Shown here one piece after another: positions 46,824-62,115 of a stretch of DNA of 64,000 nucleotides (within the stretch, counting starts at the first letter, position 1; each line of letters begins with the position of its first letter). Where the stretch lies: NCBI GenBank assembly GCA_043228905.1, contig JBHGNT010000016.1, forward strand, positions 15,376,001-15,440,000. Reading direction: 5' to 3'. The notes beneath the pieces were generated by a model. That model saw only the letters and a list, made by a program, of their open reading frames with translations, made no database searches and was not told the DNA's origin. The DNA is from Azolla caroliniana. Lineage: Eukaryota > Plantae > Polypodiophyta. Made by a program: the position numbers and the translations under genes.

Positions 46824-49800
46824 TGTTACGGGCATGACAATATAATATCCCGTGGTGAGAATTTACCGTAGTATTCTATACACGTGGATAAGTGTGAGGG
46901 TTAAATGAGAGTGTAGAGAAGGGGAGGATTACTTTTAAATCCTTGGGATTGAGACAACCCATTAGGGCAAGTGTGAACTTGCCTGGGGGCCTTGGGTATC
47001 GCTATAAATAAGAGGCCTAGCTACCCTCATTTGACTATCTTGTTGACTACGTCGAGACTCTGTCTTGTGGTGGGTCAACTCTTGTAGCGAGCACGCCAGC
47101 ACCAAGTACGACTCGACGCCACGACGGTGGTATGGGACTCCGATCGAGGCTCGAGTCCGTCTCGATCCCTTCGCTCGGGGGTGGTTGGGTGGATCGGCAC
47201 CCTTCTTTTTCTCTCTCCTTTTTTTCTATCTACCTAGATCTATCCTTATCTAATGCTTACTTTTGTACATGTCTCCAATATTTGGTATCCGACCCTATGT
47301 ACTAATCTTTCTTTTGTTGGTCTTATCTTCTCGATGGATGGCGATCGATCGTTGTGTGGTTGGCCGTCATGCAGACAAGGATCGACAAGGAACTTCGGTA
47401 ATCTTTCTTGTTATTTTTTTGTCTATTTTTTCTTCTCCCATCTAATCATGTGTATGGTTAATATGTAGATTATTTTCATTAATTAAATGATGTTGTAGTG
47501 GTATTTAATTGGTTATCTAAAACGTTTACATATGTGCATGAGGTCAATACCTTGTTTGACATATAAATAATATGTGATGAGTGTCGTATGTGTACAAGGT
47601 TAATACCTCAATTACGTATTACGTTCACGAACATATGTTACGTTTGTGTATGAGGTCAACACCTCGATTTTGTTGTAAATGATATGCGTTTGGTCTCGTA
47701 TGCGTAAGAGGTCAATACCTCAATTGCGTATTATGTTGAACCCTTATTTTTGGATGTCTCGTGTGCGTAGAGGTATATGCCTCGATTACGTAGCTCGATT
47801 ACGTCATTTTTGGCTATTAAATATAACGATTTCTTTAATATAGGCATATGTGGTCACGTGTATACGTAGTTGATCGTATATATGTGATAATATACATATC
47901 TATATATAAGTTATTACGTGATTTTAAATCGAAGGTTTTCCTTTTCGGGGAAAGGATCTTGGTGGTCGTCCTCACATTTTTGTGAGAATCGTGTTGTCAC
48001 CATCCTTTTTTTCAACAATTTGTTTTATTGTTGAAATCCCCATTGGTGACTTCAATATTTCGTTACGTAAAGAAACGCCAATAGCCATAATGATGTTGAG
48101 TAGGTAGGGTTTGACCCACTTCATGTGAGGTCGCTCTTATGACACACGTATCCAACATCCCTCCCTCATTACATGGATACGATGCCACCATGAGATCATT
48201 CTTACGAGATGCATTCGTAATGACGTGACCATGTGATGGGCCACGTGGGCCTACTACGAAAAGAGGGCTCATTTGGCTTGACCATAAGGTTGTACTTTGG
48301 CGTATGCCATCGTAATTACGAGACTTGAGGTTAGGTAACGTACCAACATAGTTGTAGTAAATGAGGGCGAAATAAGAACTCTTGACATATATGTTTCTTT
48401 TAAAAAAACATATATGGGCAAATGCCTCAGATATTTCTTATACGCATGAAACATTAAACATTCAAGAAGAGCAACTTACTTGGTTGGCTCAAATGTTTAA
48501 TGCATTTGTTCTCGAGGTCTCGAGTTCAAATATGACCAAGACCATACAACATCGTTGATACATATGACTATAACACATGTTTAGACTTGAGGTCTAAGTG
48601 CACTTCGGGGTCCTCGTAATATGACTTAAAGAGCCGAAACCACATATGTGGGCACCGCAACATAGTTTATTGTTACCATTTTTTTCGTGTATAAACTATT
48701 CATGACGCGAACATACATGGTTGAGCCTCGGGGAGCCACCATGAAAACATCGATATAGAGATAAGGGAAAGACATTTATTTGTCACCCCCATGGTTTTTA
48801 AAACACCTTTGTGTTACCATAGTAACCTGATCTTGAACCTCATCTCATACGTCTAGAGGGGTATTGACGTGAGATCATGATATTGATTAATGTTTGCCCA
48901 TGATATGTTTACATCACGACATGATGTTATGACTATCTCTCTGACTTTATCCTATTTCTTTTCCAGAAATAATCATTTAATGGCTCAAAATAACGACCCG
49001 ATGTCATCCGCTCAAGCGGAAGGAACGGAAGGGAATCCTCTTGGACAAATGTCCATTGAGATGTATTTTTCGCAAATAACCCAATATCTTAGTTTCACCG
49101 CTCAACAAATGAACGAACTTCGGCAATCTCAAAGTGCTCTCGAGGCACGTGTCATTAGTCTACAACGTGAGACTAATAGACCTGATGAGCGATAGGGCGA
49201 ACCATCGTTTGTCGTTAAGCCATTTACGGGAGACAAAAAGGAAAGAACCGAAGAAGCAATCTGCACGTGGTTGGGCCGATGGGAGTCTCATTTTGAGCTC
49301 TATCCCACGCCAGATAGTACGAAGATTGCATATGTCGGCTGAGAACTAGGGGGTAAGGCCGCCGCCTGGTGGCGTGGGCTCCGTACGCTGGGGAAATTGC
49401 CAGATACCTGGACAGATTTTGTCACAGTTTTCAAGGGCCAATTTCTGCAACCTCCCTCTCGAACTGAGGCAGCACAAACTTTAATGAACCTCTCTAGTCG
49501 GAAATTTTCCTCGCTAGAAGACTATGTCCACCATGCTAGAACCCAAATCCAAAAATCGGGTCTAGAAGGGGACAACTGGTTAATAGCTTGTTTTGTCAAT
49601 GGCATCCCCAATTCGGACTATCACTGGATAGTGCACGATAAGGATCCAAAATTCTTCGAAGAGGCTGTTGAAATAGTTCTTCGCTATCAACGCACTTCGG
49701 AGGACCGCAACAAACCCAGGACTAAGTAGTCGCAATTCGCTCGGAAACGCAAGACACCCAACGAATTCATGGATCGCAATTGTAAGCGACAACATCCTTT

Positions 49801-52800
49801 TTGTGTATTCTACAAAAAGAAGGGTCATACAAAAGATCAATGTCGAAAGCTCCAACGGAAAGAGCACGACAACAAAGCTAAAGTTGCAGACCATAAAGGT
49901 CAGATTCCTAATGTCCTTCAAGTCTATACACATCATTTAAGTAATTGTCAATGTTCTTTCCCTCACTATGTATTGGGTCCCAATGATTTACTACATGCAA
50001 ACGGGTATATCAATGGATCTCCCGTACAAATTTTATTTGATTCGGGAAGCTCACACAATTTTGTGAATGATCGTTTGGTTCAGATATGGGGAATCCAACC
50101 CACCGTAAGTGATAACACCTACACGGTGCACTTGGCTGATGGAAGAGTACAATACATCAACAGGGCGATTCATTCATTAGGAATTTCTATTGACACTTAT
50201 ATAGAGGAAGTAGACTTCCATGTAATGAATCTTTGTACCACTGATGTAATACTGGGTTATCCCTGGTTCTATAATAAAAGCTCTTCTTTATCTATTGATT
50301 GGGTTCATCATTCAATTACATTTGTACTGAACGATTGTACTCATTTTATTCAATGTGTAAAAAAACAATCCCTCTCGATTGTTTCCTCGTGTCCATCAAT
50401 ATCCGAGTTGTCTTGTTCTACCCTATTTTATTGTGTACTTGATCCGGACATTCACGTTTACAATATCGATAATGTCTCGATTCAATTAACATATTTTGAA
50501 CAACAACAACTTGATGAAATCTTAAATGATTTTCGTGATGTTTTTCTGAGTGAACTACTAGATGGCTTACCTCCTAAACGTAATATAGACCATCGTATAG
50601 ATATTGTACCTGGTGTTGCACCAATAAGTATACCTACTTATCGCTTAAGTCGATCCGAAGAGGATGAGGTATCTAAGCAACTCAAGGGCTATTTACGAAT
50701 GGGTTATATACGTTATAGTAAATCTCCATGGGGTGCACCAGTTCTCTTGGTTAAAAAGAAAGAGGGCACATGGCGTATGTGTATTAATTACCGACGCTTG
50801 AATAAAGTGACGATCAAGAATTCGTATCCCTTGCCCCGGGTTGATGATCTAATTGACCGTCTCTAGGGAGCCCGGTATTTTACAAAACTTGATCTCCGTA
50901 CTGGCTACCATCAAATTCGTATAAGTGAGGACGATGTTCCTAAAATGGCATTTCGTACGCGCTATGGCCATTATGAGTTTTTGGTTATGCCTTTTGGTTT
51001 TACCAATGCTCCGGCTACATTTCAACAAGAAATGAATGACATTTTCCGAGAACAACTTGGAAAATTTGTCGTTATTTTCTTGGATAATATTTTAGTTTAT
51101 AGTCGTACATTACAAGAACATGTTAAACATGTCCGCTTTGTTTTACAAACATTGCGTGACAAACAGTTTTACGCAAAGATCTCAAAATGTGAGTTCTTCA
51201 AGAAATCAATTACTTATCTTGGACATCTCATAACCGAACGAAGAGTTGAAATTGATCCTTCTCGTATCGAGAAAATCAAGCTTTGGCCCACTCTTCGGAA
51301 TACTTGAGAAGTTCGATCATTCCTTGGTTTTGTCAGGTTTTTGCGAAAATCCCTTCGTAATTACTCCCAATTGACGACGCCGTTTACTGATCTTCTAAAA
51401 GGTCAAACGCATAAGTCTACAAAACCTATTGTGTGGAATGTTACACTAGACCTCACCTTTAAGGAACTCAAGGACCTGGTATGCAAGGCTCCTTCACTTC
51501 TTTTACCCGATCCTTCAAAACCTTTTGACATTGAAACCGATGCAAGCGATTATGTTATATGTGTTGTCTTATATCAAGATGGTAAACCAATAGCATTCGA
51601 GAGTAAGAAACTTGATTCTGCTCAATGTCGGTATACCGTTCAAGAAAAGGAATTATTTGCAGTTATACATGCGCTCAAAACATGGCGCCATTATCTTTAT
51701 GGAAATCGCTTTGTGGTAACTACGGACCACGAGTCCTTGAAATATTTTTGTGACCAACAAGACCTGAAAGGTCATAAGGCACGATGGGCTGATCTCATCC
51801 AGGACTTTGATTTTTCCATACGATATCGTAAAGGTTCCATGAATATTGTCGTTAATGCAGTAAGTCGCATCCGTGAAGTTAACATGCTTAGCTTCACTGA
51901 AATAACATCAGATCTTCATGATCACCTTCAAGGAAAGTATCCTGATGACAGTTATTTCGCAAAATACTGGGCAAGAGTTGAGTCTGGAATAGACACCACC
52001 ACATCCTCGAAGGAATACTTCCACATTGCTAACGGTCTGCTCTACCGTAATGGGAAGGTTTGTGTTCTAGATTTACCTGAGGTCAAAAAGAGGATTCTTT
52101 TTTAATGCCATGACGCACCCTCAGCAGGGCACCCTGGAATACATCGTACACTCGTTCTCATCTCCACTCAATTTTATTGGCCTAAGATGCGTCCTGACAT
52201 ACATAGCTATGTGACTAAATGTCACCAATGTCAGGTTAACAAAGCTGAGCGACTTAAAGCTGCTGGACTTTTACATCCCTTGGACATTCCCAATAATAAG
52301 TGGGAAAGTATATCCATGGATTTTATTGTTAGCCTTCCTCGAACCCAAAAAGGCCATGATGTCATATGGGTTGTGGTTGATCGACTGACTAAAATGGCCA
52401 GATTTATTGCTACTAAAACCACGGTAACAGCTCCTGAATTGGCTTACCAATTCGTTGACGAGTTATTTCGTTTTTATGGGTTACCGATGGATATCGTGAG
52501 TGATCGAGATCCAAATTTTACTAGTGACTTCTGGACACAAGTCTTTAAGAAGTTAGAAACTACGTTGAGCATGAGCTCCACGTATCATCCTCAATCCGAT
52601 GGACAAACAGAACAAGTAAATCAAATTATTGAGGACATGCTTCGAGCATATGTTGGTACAAAACCAACAAAATGGGAACGTTATCTCCCAATTTTGGAGT
52701 TTGCTTATAACAGCTCCAAGCATACGTCGACGAGATATAGTCCTTTTATGTTGATGTATGGTTTTTAGCCACGAGCCCCAATTGATGTTAATATACATCA

Positions 52801-53773
52801 TGATGAGTTGAGAAGTACGCAAAACTTTCTTCGGGATATGCAAGATATGTTGCATATTGCACGAGATAATATAAAAACAGCTCAAGATAGAGCACGTTTT
52901 TATGCCTATCATCATAGGCAACCTCGTGTATTCAACCCTGGACAGAAGGTATTTTTACGTGTACCTCACAATTCGAAGATATTGTCTACGGGTAAGTGCG
53001 CTAAGTTAGCCCCACGGTGTTGGAATTCATCCAGTCTTTCATGTGAGTCGTCTAAAAGAACTTCTAGGTTCTGGCGACAATACAATTACAACTGAAACTC
53101 TGGTTACTTCTGAAGAATTATTTTCTAAACCACATGTACCAGAAAGAATTCTCGATGTTAAAACAAAAAAATTACGTACTAAAGAAATCCGAGAATTTAA
53201 AATAAAATGGATGGATAAATCAATAAAAGATGTCACTTGGGAACACGAAAATACTCTCAGAACTAACTTCCCTAACTTTCCATTGCAAGAGTGCAATGTT
53301 TTAAAGAGGGGGAGTATGTTACGGGCATGACCATATAATATCCCGTGGTGAGAATTTACCGTAGTATTCTATACACGTGGATAAGTGTGAGGGTTAAATG
53401 AGAGTGTAGAGAAGGGGAGGATTACTTTTAAATCCTCGGGATTGAGACAACCCATTAGGGCAAGTGTGAACTTGCCTGGGGGCCTTGGGTATCGCTATAA
53501 ATAAGAGGCCTAGCTACCCTCATTCGACTATCTTGTTGACTACGTCGAGACTCTATCTTGTGGTGGATCAACTCTTGTAGCGAGCGCGCCAACACTAGGT
53601 ACGACTCGATGCCACAGCGGTGGTATGGGATGCCGATCGAGGCTCGAGTCCGTCTCGATCCCTTCGCTCGGGGGTGGTCGGGTGGATCGACACCCTTCTT
53701 TCTCTCTCTCCTTTCTTTCTATCTACCTAGATCTATCCTTATCTAATGCTTACTTTAGTACATGTCTTTAATA
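46824..53773 (+). mobile_element. Ty3/gypsy chromovirus O, full length and degraded; TSD GCTGA/GTTGA
   Basis: 457-bp LTRs 46824-47280 and 53317-53773, PBS-like TGGTATCC at 47283, PPT AAAGAGGGGGAGTA. Confidence 0.92.
48980..53316 (+). pseudogene. chromovirus O gag-PR-RT-RH-IN-chromodomain
   Basis: [10 protein letters not shown]; [32 protein letters not shown]; ETDASD..EKELFAV; ISMDFIV..VVVDRLTK; PERILDVK..FKIKW..VTWE. Stops and frameshifts. Confidence 0.93.
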
Positions 53774-54624
53774 GTTGATCAAACCATGACCCAAAATCAT
53801 CTAAGCCATTCATCCACACAATTTGGCCCAAGTCACCTTGAACATTTTGTTCTTCACACATAAACATAAAGTAATAGGTTCTAGCTCTCCTTATATAATA
53901 TGGGATCCAATGTTATCTTATCTATGTGGGATACCTCACAATTTTGTTTTTCCCAATCTTCTCAAACTTCACACTCACATAACTTGATACTTATTTATCC
54001 GTTTCATGTGTTAGTAAAATGTGTTATGAAGCTCTTGAAGACGTCCATCTTTCATACTAATCCATTTAAGCTAACCTAAAATAATTATTTCATTACTTTT
54101 CTTATCGTGTGTAAAAAATCACACGACAACGCATTCCTCCAAGGTGAGCTCGAGGAGCAAGTTTACATGATGCAACCACCTGGCTTCGAATCGAGCAAAC
54201 ATCAACATGCAGTTTGCCAATTGAAGAAACCGCTATATGGATTGAAGCAAACCCCAACATCATGGCATTCAAAGATCACATCATATCTTCATGACATTGG
54301 CTTCTGAATGTCAAAATATGATAACTCATTGTATATCTGGAACAATCCCAAAAGCCCCGTCTTCTTAATCTTGTATGTCGATGACCTTGTCATCGGTGGA
54401 GAAAGCCTCCCCGAGACACAAAAGATTAAAAAGCTGCTTTTAGAGAAGTTCAAGATGAAGGATCCGAATGACTTACATTATTTTCTTGGCATTGAGGTCA
54501 TTCAAACTCCAAAAGGGTTCCTACTCTCACAATGGCACTATGTGTTGAACTTGCTCTACAAGTTCGGGATGACTGAGTGTAAGTCCATCTCGACACCCCG
54601 TGATCGAAATATGAAGCTAATTGT

Positions 54625-55132
54625 CTATATAGGAATTTCATGGAAAATGGAGAGATGGCTGATGTGGAAATATTTTGAAGCACATTTATTTGTTTTTAGT
54701 TTTTACAACGATGAGCGAAGATGGTGGCAGAGGCAAAAGCAAATTTGCATGAGGGTCTGAGGAGATTGGATTGAGTAGAGAACCAATATTTTCATATGGT
54801 AGGTTCATATGGATCATTTGGATATGATGAACTCTTACATGTAGCAGCGATCAAGGAATCATTGTGAAAGAAGATATATCACTACATGTTGAATGCGATG
54901 GAATTGATGTTAGGGGCTTTGGCATGGCATCAACATTACTTGGTGATATGGATGGTGGTAGGGCAACAATATTACTTAGGGAGAAGTTCACCGATATTAT
55001 CTTGTATCTTGCCTTTATCTTTATCTAGAAAGATTGGCTGCACAATATTTATTGTAATGTTGGATTATCTTGTATCTTGCCTTTGGCTACTTTAATCTTA
55101 ATACTAATGGAGGATAATGTTTATGGGAAAAA
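54625..55132 (+). mobile_element. ~510-bp TPRT-type insertion (probably a 5'-truncated LINE 3' end) with 18-bp TSD
   Basis: AAATATGAAGCTAATTGT at 54607-54624 and 55133-55150; the insert ends in a short A-run; it interrupts J RT. Confidence 0.75.
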
Positions 55133-56459
55133 AAATATGAAGCTAATTGTGGATTCTAGAAAATTTTGTGAGCCGACACAGTATCGCCAAATAATTGGGA
55201 GTCTTATCTACTTAACTCTCATCCGACCAGACCTCAACTATCTGGTTGGGGTTCTTAGCCAGTTCATGGAAATCCCCCAGTTCATGGATTGCACTAAATG
55301 AGTGTTATGTTATATTAGTGGAACACTTGATTATGGTATCTTCTATAAGCGTGGAGTACCGCTTCGACTCGAAGGCTTCACGGATGCTAATTGTGCTGGC
55401 AATGCATCTGATAGGCGATCCACTTCGAGATTTATGTTTTCACTCGGTAGTGGAGCAATCTCTTGGAGCAGCAAGAAACAACCAACAGTCGCTCTATCGA
55501 GCACTGAGGCGGAATATAGAGCTGCAATTGTAGCTGCTTGTGAAGCTATATGGCTTAAAAGATTGTTGAAAGACTTCAACGAATTGGTGAACAAGCCAAT
55601 ATTGATCCATTGCGATAATCTTAGCAGCATCTAGCTCGCAAAGAATCCGGTGTTTCACGTCCGGACTAAGCACATCGTGGTGCACTATCATTACATCCAT
55701 GGATGCATAATGGTCGGCGACATTGACCTCCAATACGTTGGCACCAACGGGCATGTGGTTGATATTTTCACTAAGGCACTAGGTCTCGACAAGCTACGAC
55801 AATTCTTAGTGGATCTTGGCCTTAGACCACTCGATATGTTGAGCTTGGGGGAGCGTACAAGTACAAAGACGAAGGAAAACATGGAGAATCAACACCATAC
55901 AAGAGGAAGAGTGAGACAGGCATTGTCAAAGTAAGGCCGACACATCTAATCCGACTTGATCCGGCAAGTTAGAGGAAGACTTTCCAAATCCCGGAATTTT
56001 TTAAGTTCGAGATAAACCCTACCCTGTAGGCACCCTTGACAAGCTCGAATTTTTGGATTGGCAAGATTGACAACTAAAGTCGGGTCTCCAACTACACCAA
56101 GACAACCAAGCTTAAGAGGACAAACAATTGATCTTAAGGGGGCGTGTTGAGAATCAAGCTCAACTTCTATGAACATGTGCTTATGAAGAAAGGGACGATG
56201 TGTGAAAAAGTGTGTGAGCACACTTTATTGTACTCCGTGTAGTTGTCGAGTGTTAATGTGGTCAAAGAATATTAGATATTCTTATGACAAAATGGTACTC
56301 AAGTTGATATCTTGGTTAGATTCCACCAACACATTTAATATGGCAATCCCTTGAGGACTTGTATATAAAACCCCCTTTGCCCATTTTGTTTTGGTTGATG
56401 ATCTTTAATTAATTAATATAGCTCTCTTAAGTGCATAAGTTGTCATCCCCCTACTGTGT

Positions 56460-56858
56460 GTTTTCTTATTTTCTGGTTATTCGCTCTAATTCCTTCTCTT
56501 GCTTATACACTCACTCACACACACTACGTTTCTAAATACTCAACTCTACTAGAGTTAGATTCTTCACAACGATAATATAATCTATCTATCTTTTCTTTTC
56601 TTATTTTCTAGTTATTCTCTTTGATTCCTTCTCTTGCTTATACACTCACTCTCACACTCACACACACTAAGCTTCTGAATACTCAACTCTGCTAGAGTTA
56701 GATTCTTCACAACGATCATATAATCTATCTATCTTATCTTTTCTGATTCCTTTTGCTTATACACTCACTCTCACACTCACACACACTATGCATCTGAATA
56801 CTCAACTCTACTAGAGTTAGATTCTTTACAACAATAATATAATCTATCTATCTATCTT
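56460..56858 (+). repeat. Tandem triplication of J 3'-LTR end + TSD + flank
   Basis: TTGCTTATACACTCACT...CTAGAGTTAGATTCTT(C/T)ACAAC(G/A)AT(A/C)ATATAATCTATCTATCT occurs three times. Confidence 0.88.
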
Positions 56859-56962
56859 TTAAGGTAATTACCCTAGTTGTAAGCCATTATAGTACTACCA
56901 TTATGTGCTGGGTTTGAAACCCGATTTTCTCACCTCTACATTACTCCATAGATATCTCTTAA

Positions 56963-57050
56963 TTTTACTAGATGCCAGTGTGGAATGTAGGGGTTGAACC
57001 CATGACCTCCTCGTCTCCATTGGGCAACCTTACCAACTGAGCTTAAGTAC
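56963..57050 (-). mobile_element. tRNA-derived SINE-like element
   Basis: Minus strand: AGCTCAGTTGG (A box)...GGTTCAACCCC (B box)...CCACACTGGCATCTAGTAAA. Homologous to 61647-61729. Confidence 0.65.
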
Positions 57051-57099
57051 CCCTCTCTCTCTCTCTTGAATATAATGGCTTTCATTACAAAAGAAAAAA

Positions 57100-58204
57100 C
57101 ACCACCATAGACTAACTTACTACAAAGTATAGAACCCTTGTATCTAGGGATCTAAAGACTACCACTACTCCAAAGTCGTTGTCACCCTACACACCAATTC
57201 AAATGGCGAATATGATGATATGTGATGTTGCGGAGTTCTCTCTCTTCATGGTTAAGATTTCGTGACTTCTCTAGCACTGTCAATTGTCACAAAAGAAGTT
57301 CTTTTAACTTTAGAACATATTTTCTCACCCCAACTTGTGAATCAAAAGTGAAGGCATTCCTCACATTCAAATTGAACCATAGTCCTCAATACCTCAAGAA
57401 CTCAAAAATAATTTGAAAATGAGGCATTTGTTCATTGTTCTCCATATGTGCAAAAACTGAACAAAAAGAAGATAGGCTTACTCCAGTTAGAGACATCCAC
57501 ACTAAACTGATACGCCTCCAAACCATCAAGCATGAAATAAATCGATGGCTACTATGTTCCAATTCCACCAAAAAAAAGAAACATGATCCTTTAGTAATGT
57601 TTCTTTTATTAATGCATCCCCCAATGGTAAAGCTCCAACCATAACTCTCCAAATAAATACCTTGGTTTGTAGCATCAATCGAGAACACCAACCTACCTTG
57701 ATCACATGAAGCCACCAAGTAATGGGCTTATGAAAACCCCATATCTTTATAACCCTTTCTTCCAACTGCTTATATGTTTCCAAGTTGCCACCTCAACAAC
57801 GTTGATGTTGCCAAAACCTCCATTGGTAATGAATTGGCACATCGCCTTTCTTGTGGAGGATGCCATTCCACAAAATCCAACATACTTTGCGAAGATGTCA
57901 ACAAATGATTAACTATTATTGACCCTGCAGATTTGACATCCCTGTCAGAATTAATTACATTCCACCAATTAGCTTCAACCTTCATGTTTCCAAGTTTAAT
58001 TCCGTTATTCTCTATAAAGTACACCACCATTTCTGTCCAAGGTTGTACACCGTCAAACATATATTGAATGAAAGTAAATCGACAAGCCACCATGTGCTCA
58101 TATAGATTCAATATTGATGCCCAACCAAGACGCTTCAAAGTACAAACATGATCCCATGCCAACCACGACAAGGCACTTTTCCCTTTTCTTTTCGATAACA
58201 ACAT
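57100..58204 (-). pseudogene. L1-type LINE ORF2 C-terminal fragment (zf-RVT region)
   Basis: WLAWDHVCTLKRLGWASILNL (the W..VC.PK..GGLG motif); KVFIWRVMVGALPLG..C...LEHSSHRFISC. Confidence 0.75.
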
Positions 58205-58663
58205 TCACATTGAGCGTGACAACATTTCAAGCATAGTACGTAACATACTCGAATGCATTGGAAAACATTCTTTTTCATACGAATGTAAACGAATGCGTAT
58301 GCTATCAAAACATTCTTATATTTTTTTACACTTTTTACCTTAACTTTCTTTTCTTAAAAAAGAATTGACGTTATAAATTATATCGTAGTTAATAATGAAT
58401 AAAAAAAGGTATGGTATTTACCATACTTCGAGGGAGTTTACCATTCTCGAAGGATCGAAACATGCTCGTATGGTTCCATATTTGACCATGGGAGCAAAGG
58501 AAGATTTGCCATTCTCGACGGATCGAAACATTCTCGAATGCGAATGCACGTATGGTTCCATACTCAGCTTTCTTTGACCATGGGAGGCTGGAGCAAAGGA
58601 AGATAATAAGATCTCTCTCTCTCTCTCTCTCTCTCTCCTTCCTTCCTTCCTTGGTGGCTGGCT

Positions 58664-62115
<3,452 letters not shown>

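Larger units (their letters stand above)
46095..54128 (-). mobile_element. Solo LTR H (~1.08 kb: 46095-46823 + 53779-54128), related to I; 4-bp TSD ACGT/ACGC
   Basis: Termini TGTTGTG..CACGACA. Left end is homologous to 27201-27290 (U5 end of I). Removing it restores RT motif K-N-A-F-L. Confidence 0.85.
43163..55934 (+). pseudogene. copia J gag-pol (interrupted at 46095-54128 and 54625-55132)
   Basis: gag TEKLDKQNYASW, IN IHSDVWGP, RT CRWVFKIK..QMDAKN|AFLQGELEE..LILYVDDL, RNase H WSSKKQPTVALSSTEAEY..RTKHI. Many stops. Confidence 0.92.
24117..56568 (+). mobile_element. Full-length degraded Ty1/copia element J hosting ~27 kb of nested insertions; TSD ACGAT
   Basis: 5' LTR 24117-24170 + 42570-43000; PBS 43001-43012; PPT 56134-56144; 3' LTR 56145-56568. 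ACGAT at 24112-24116 and 56569-56573. Confidence 0.92.
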
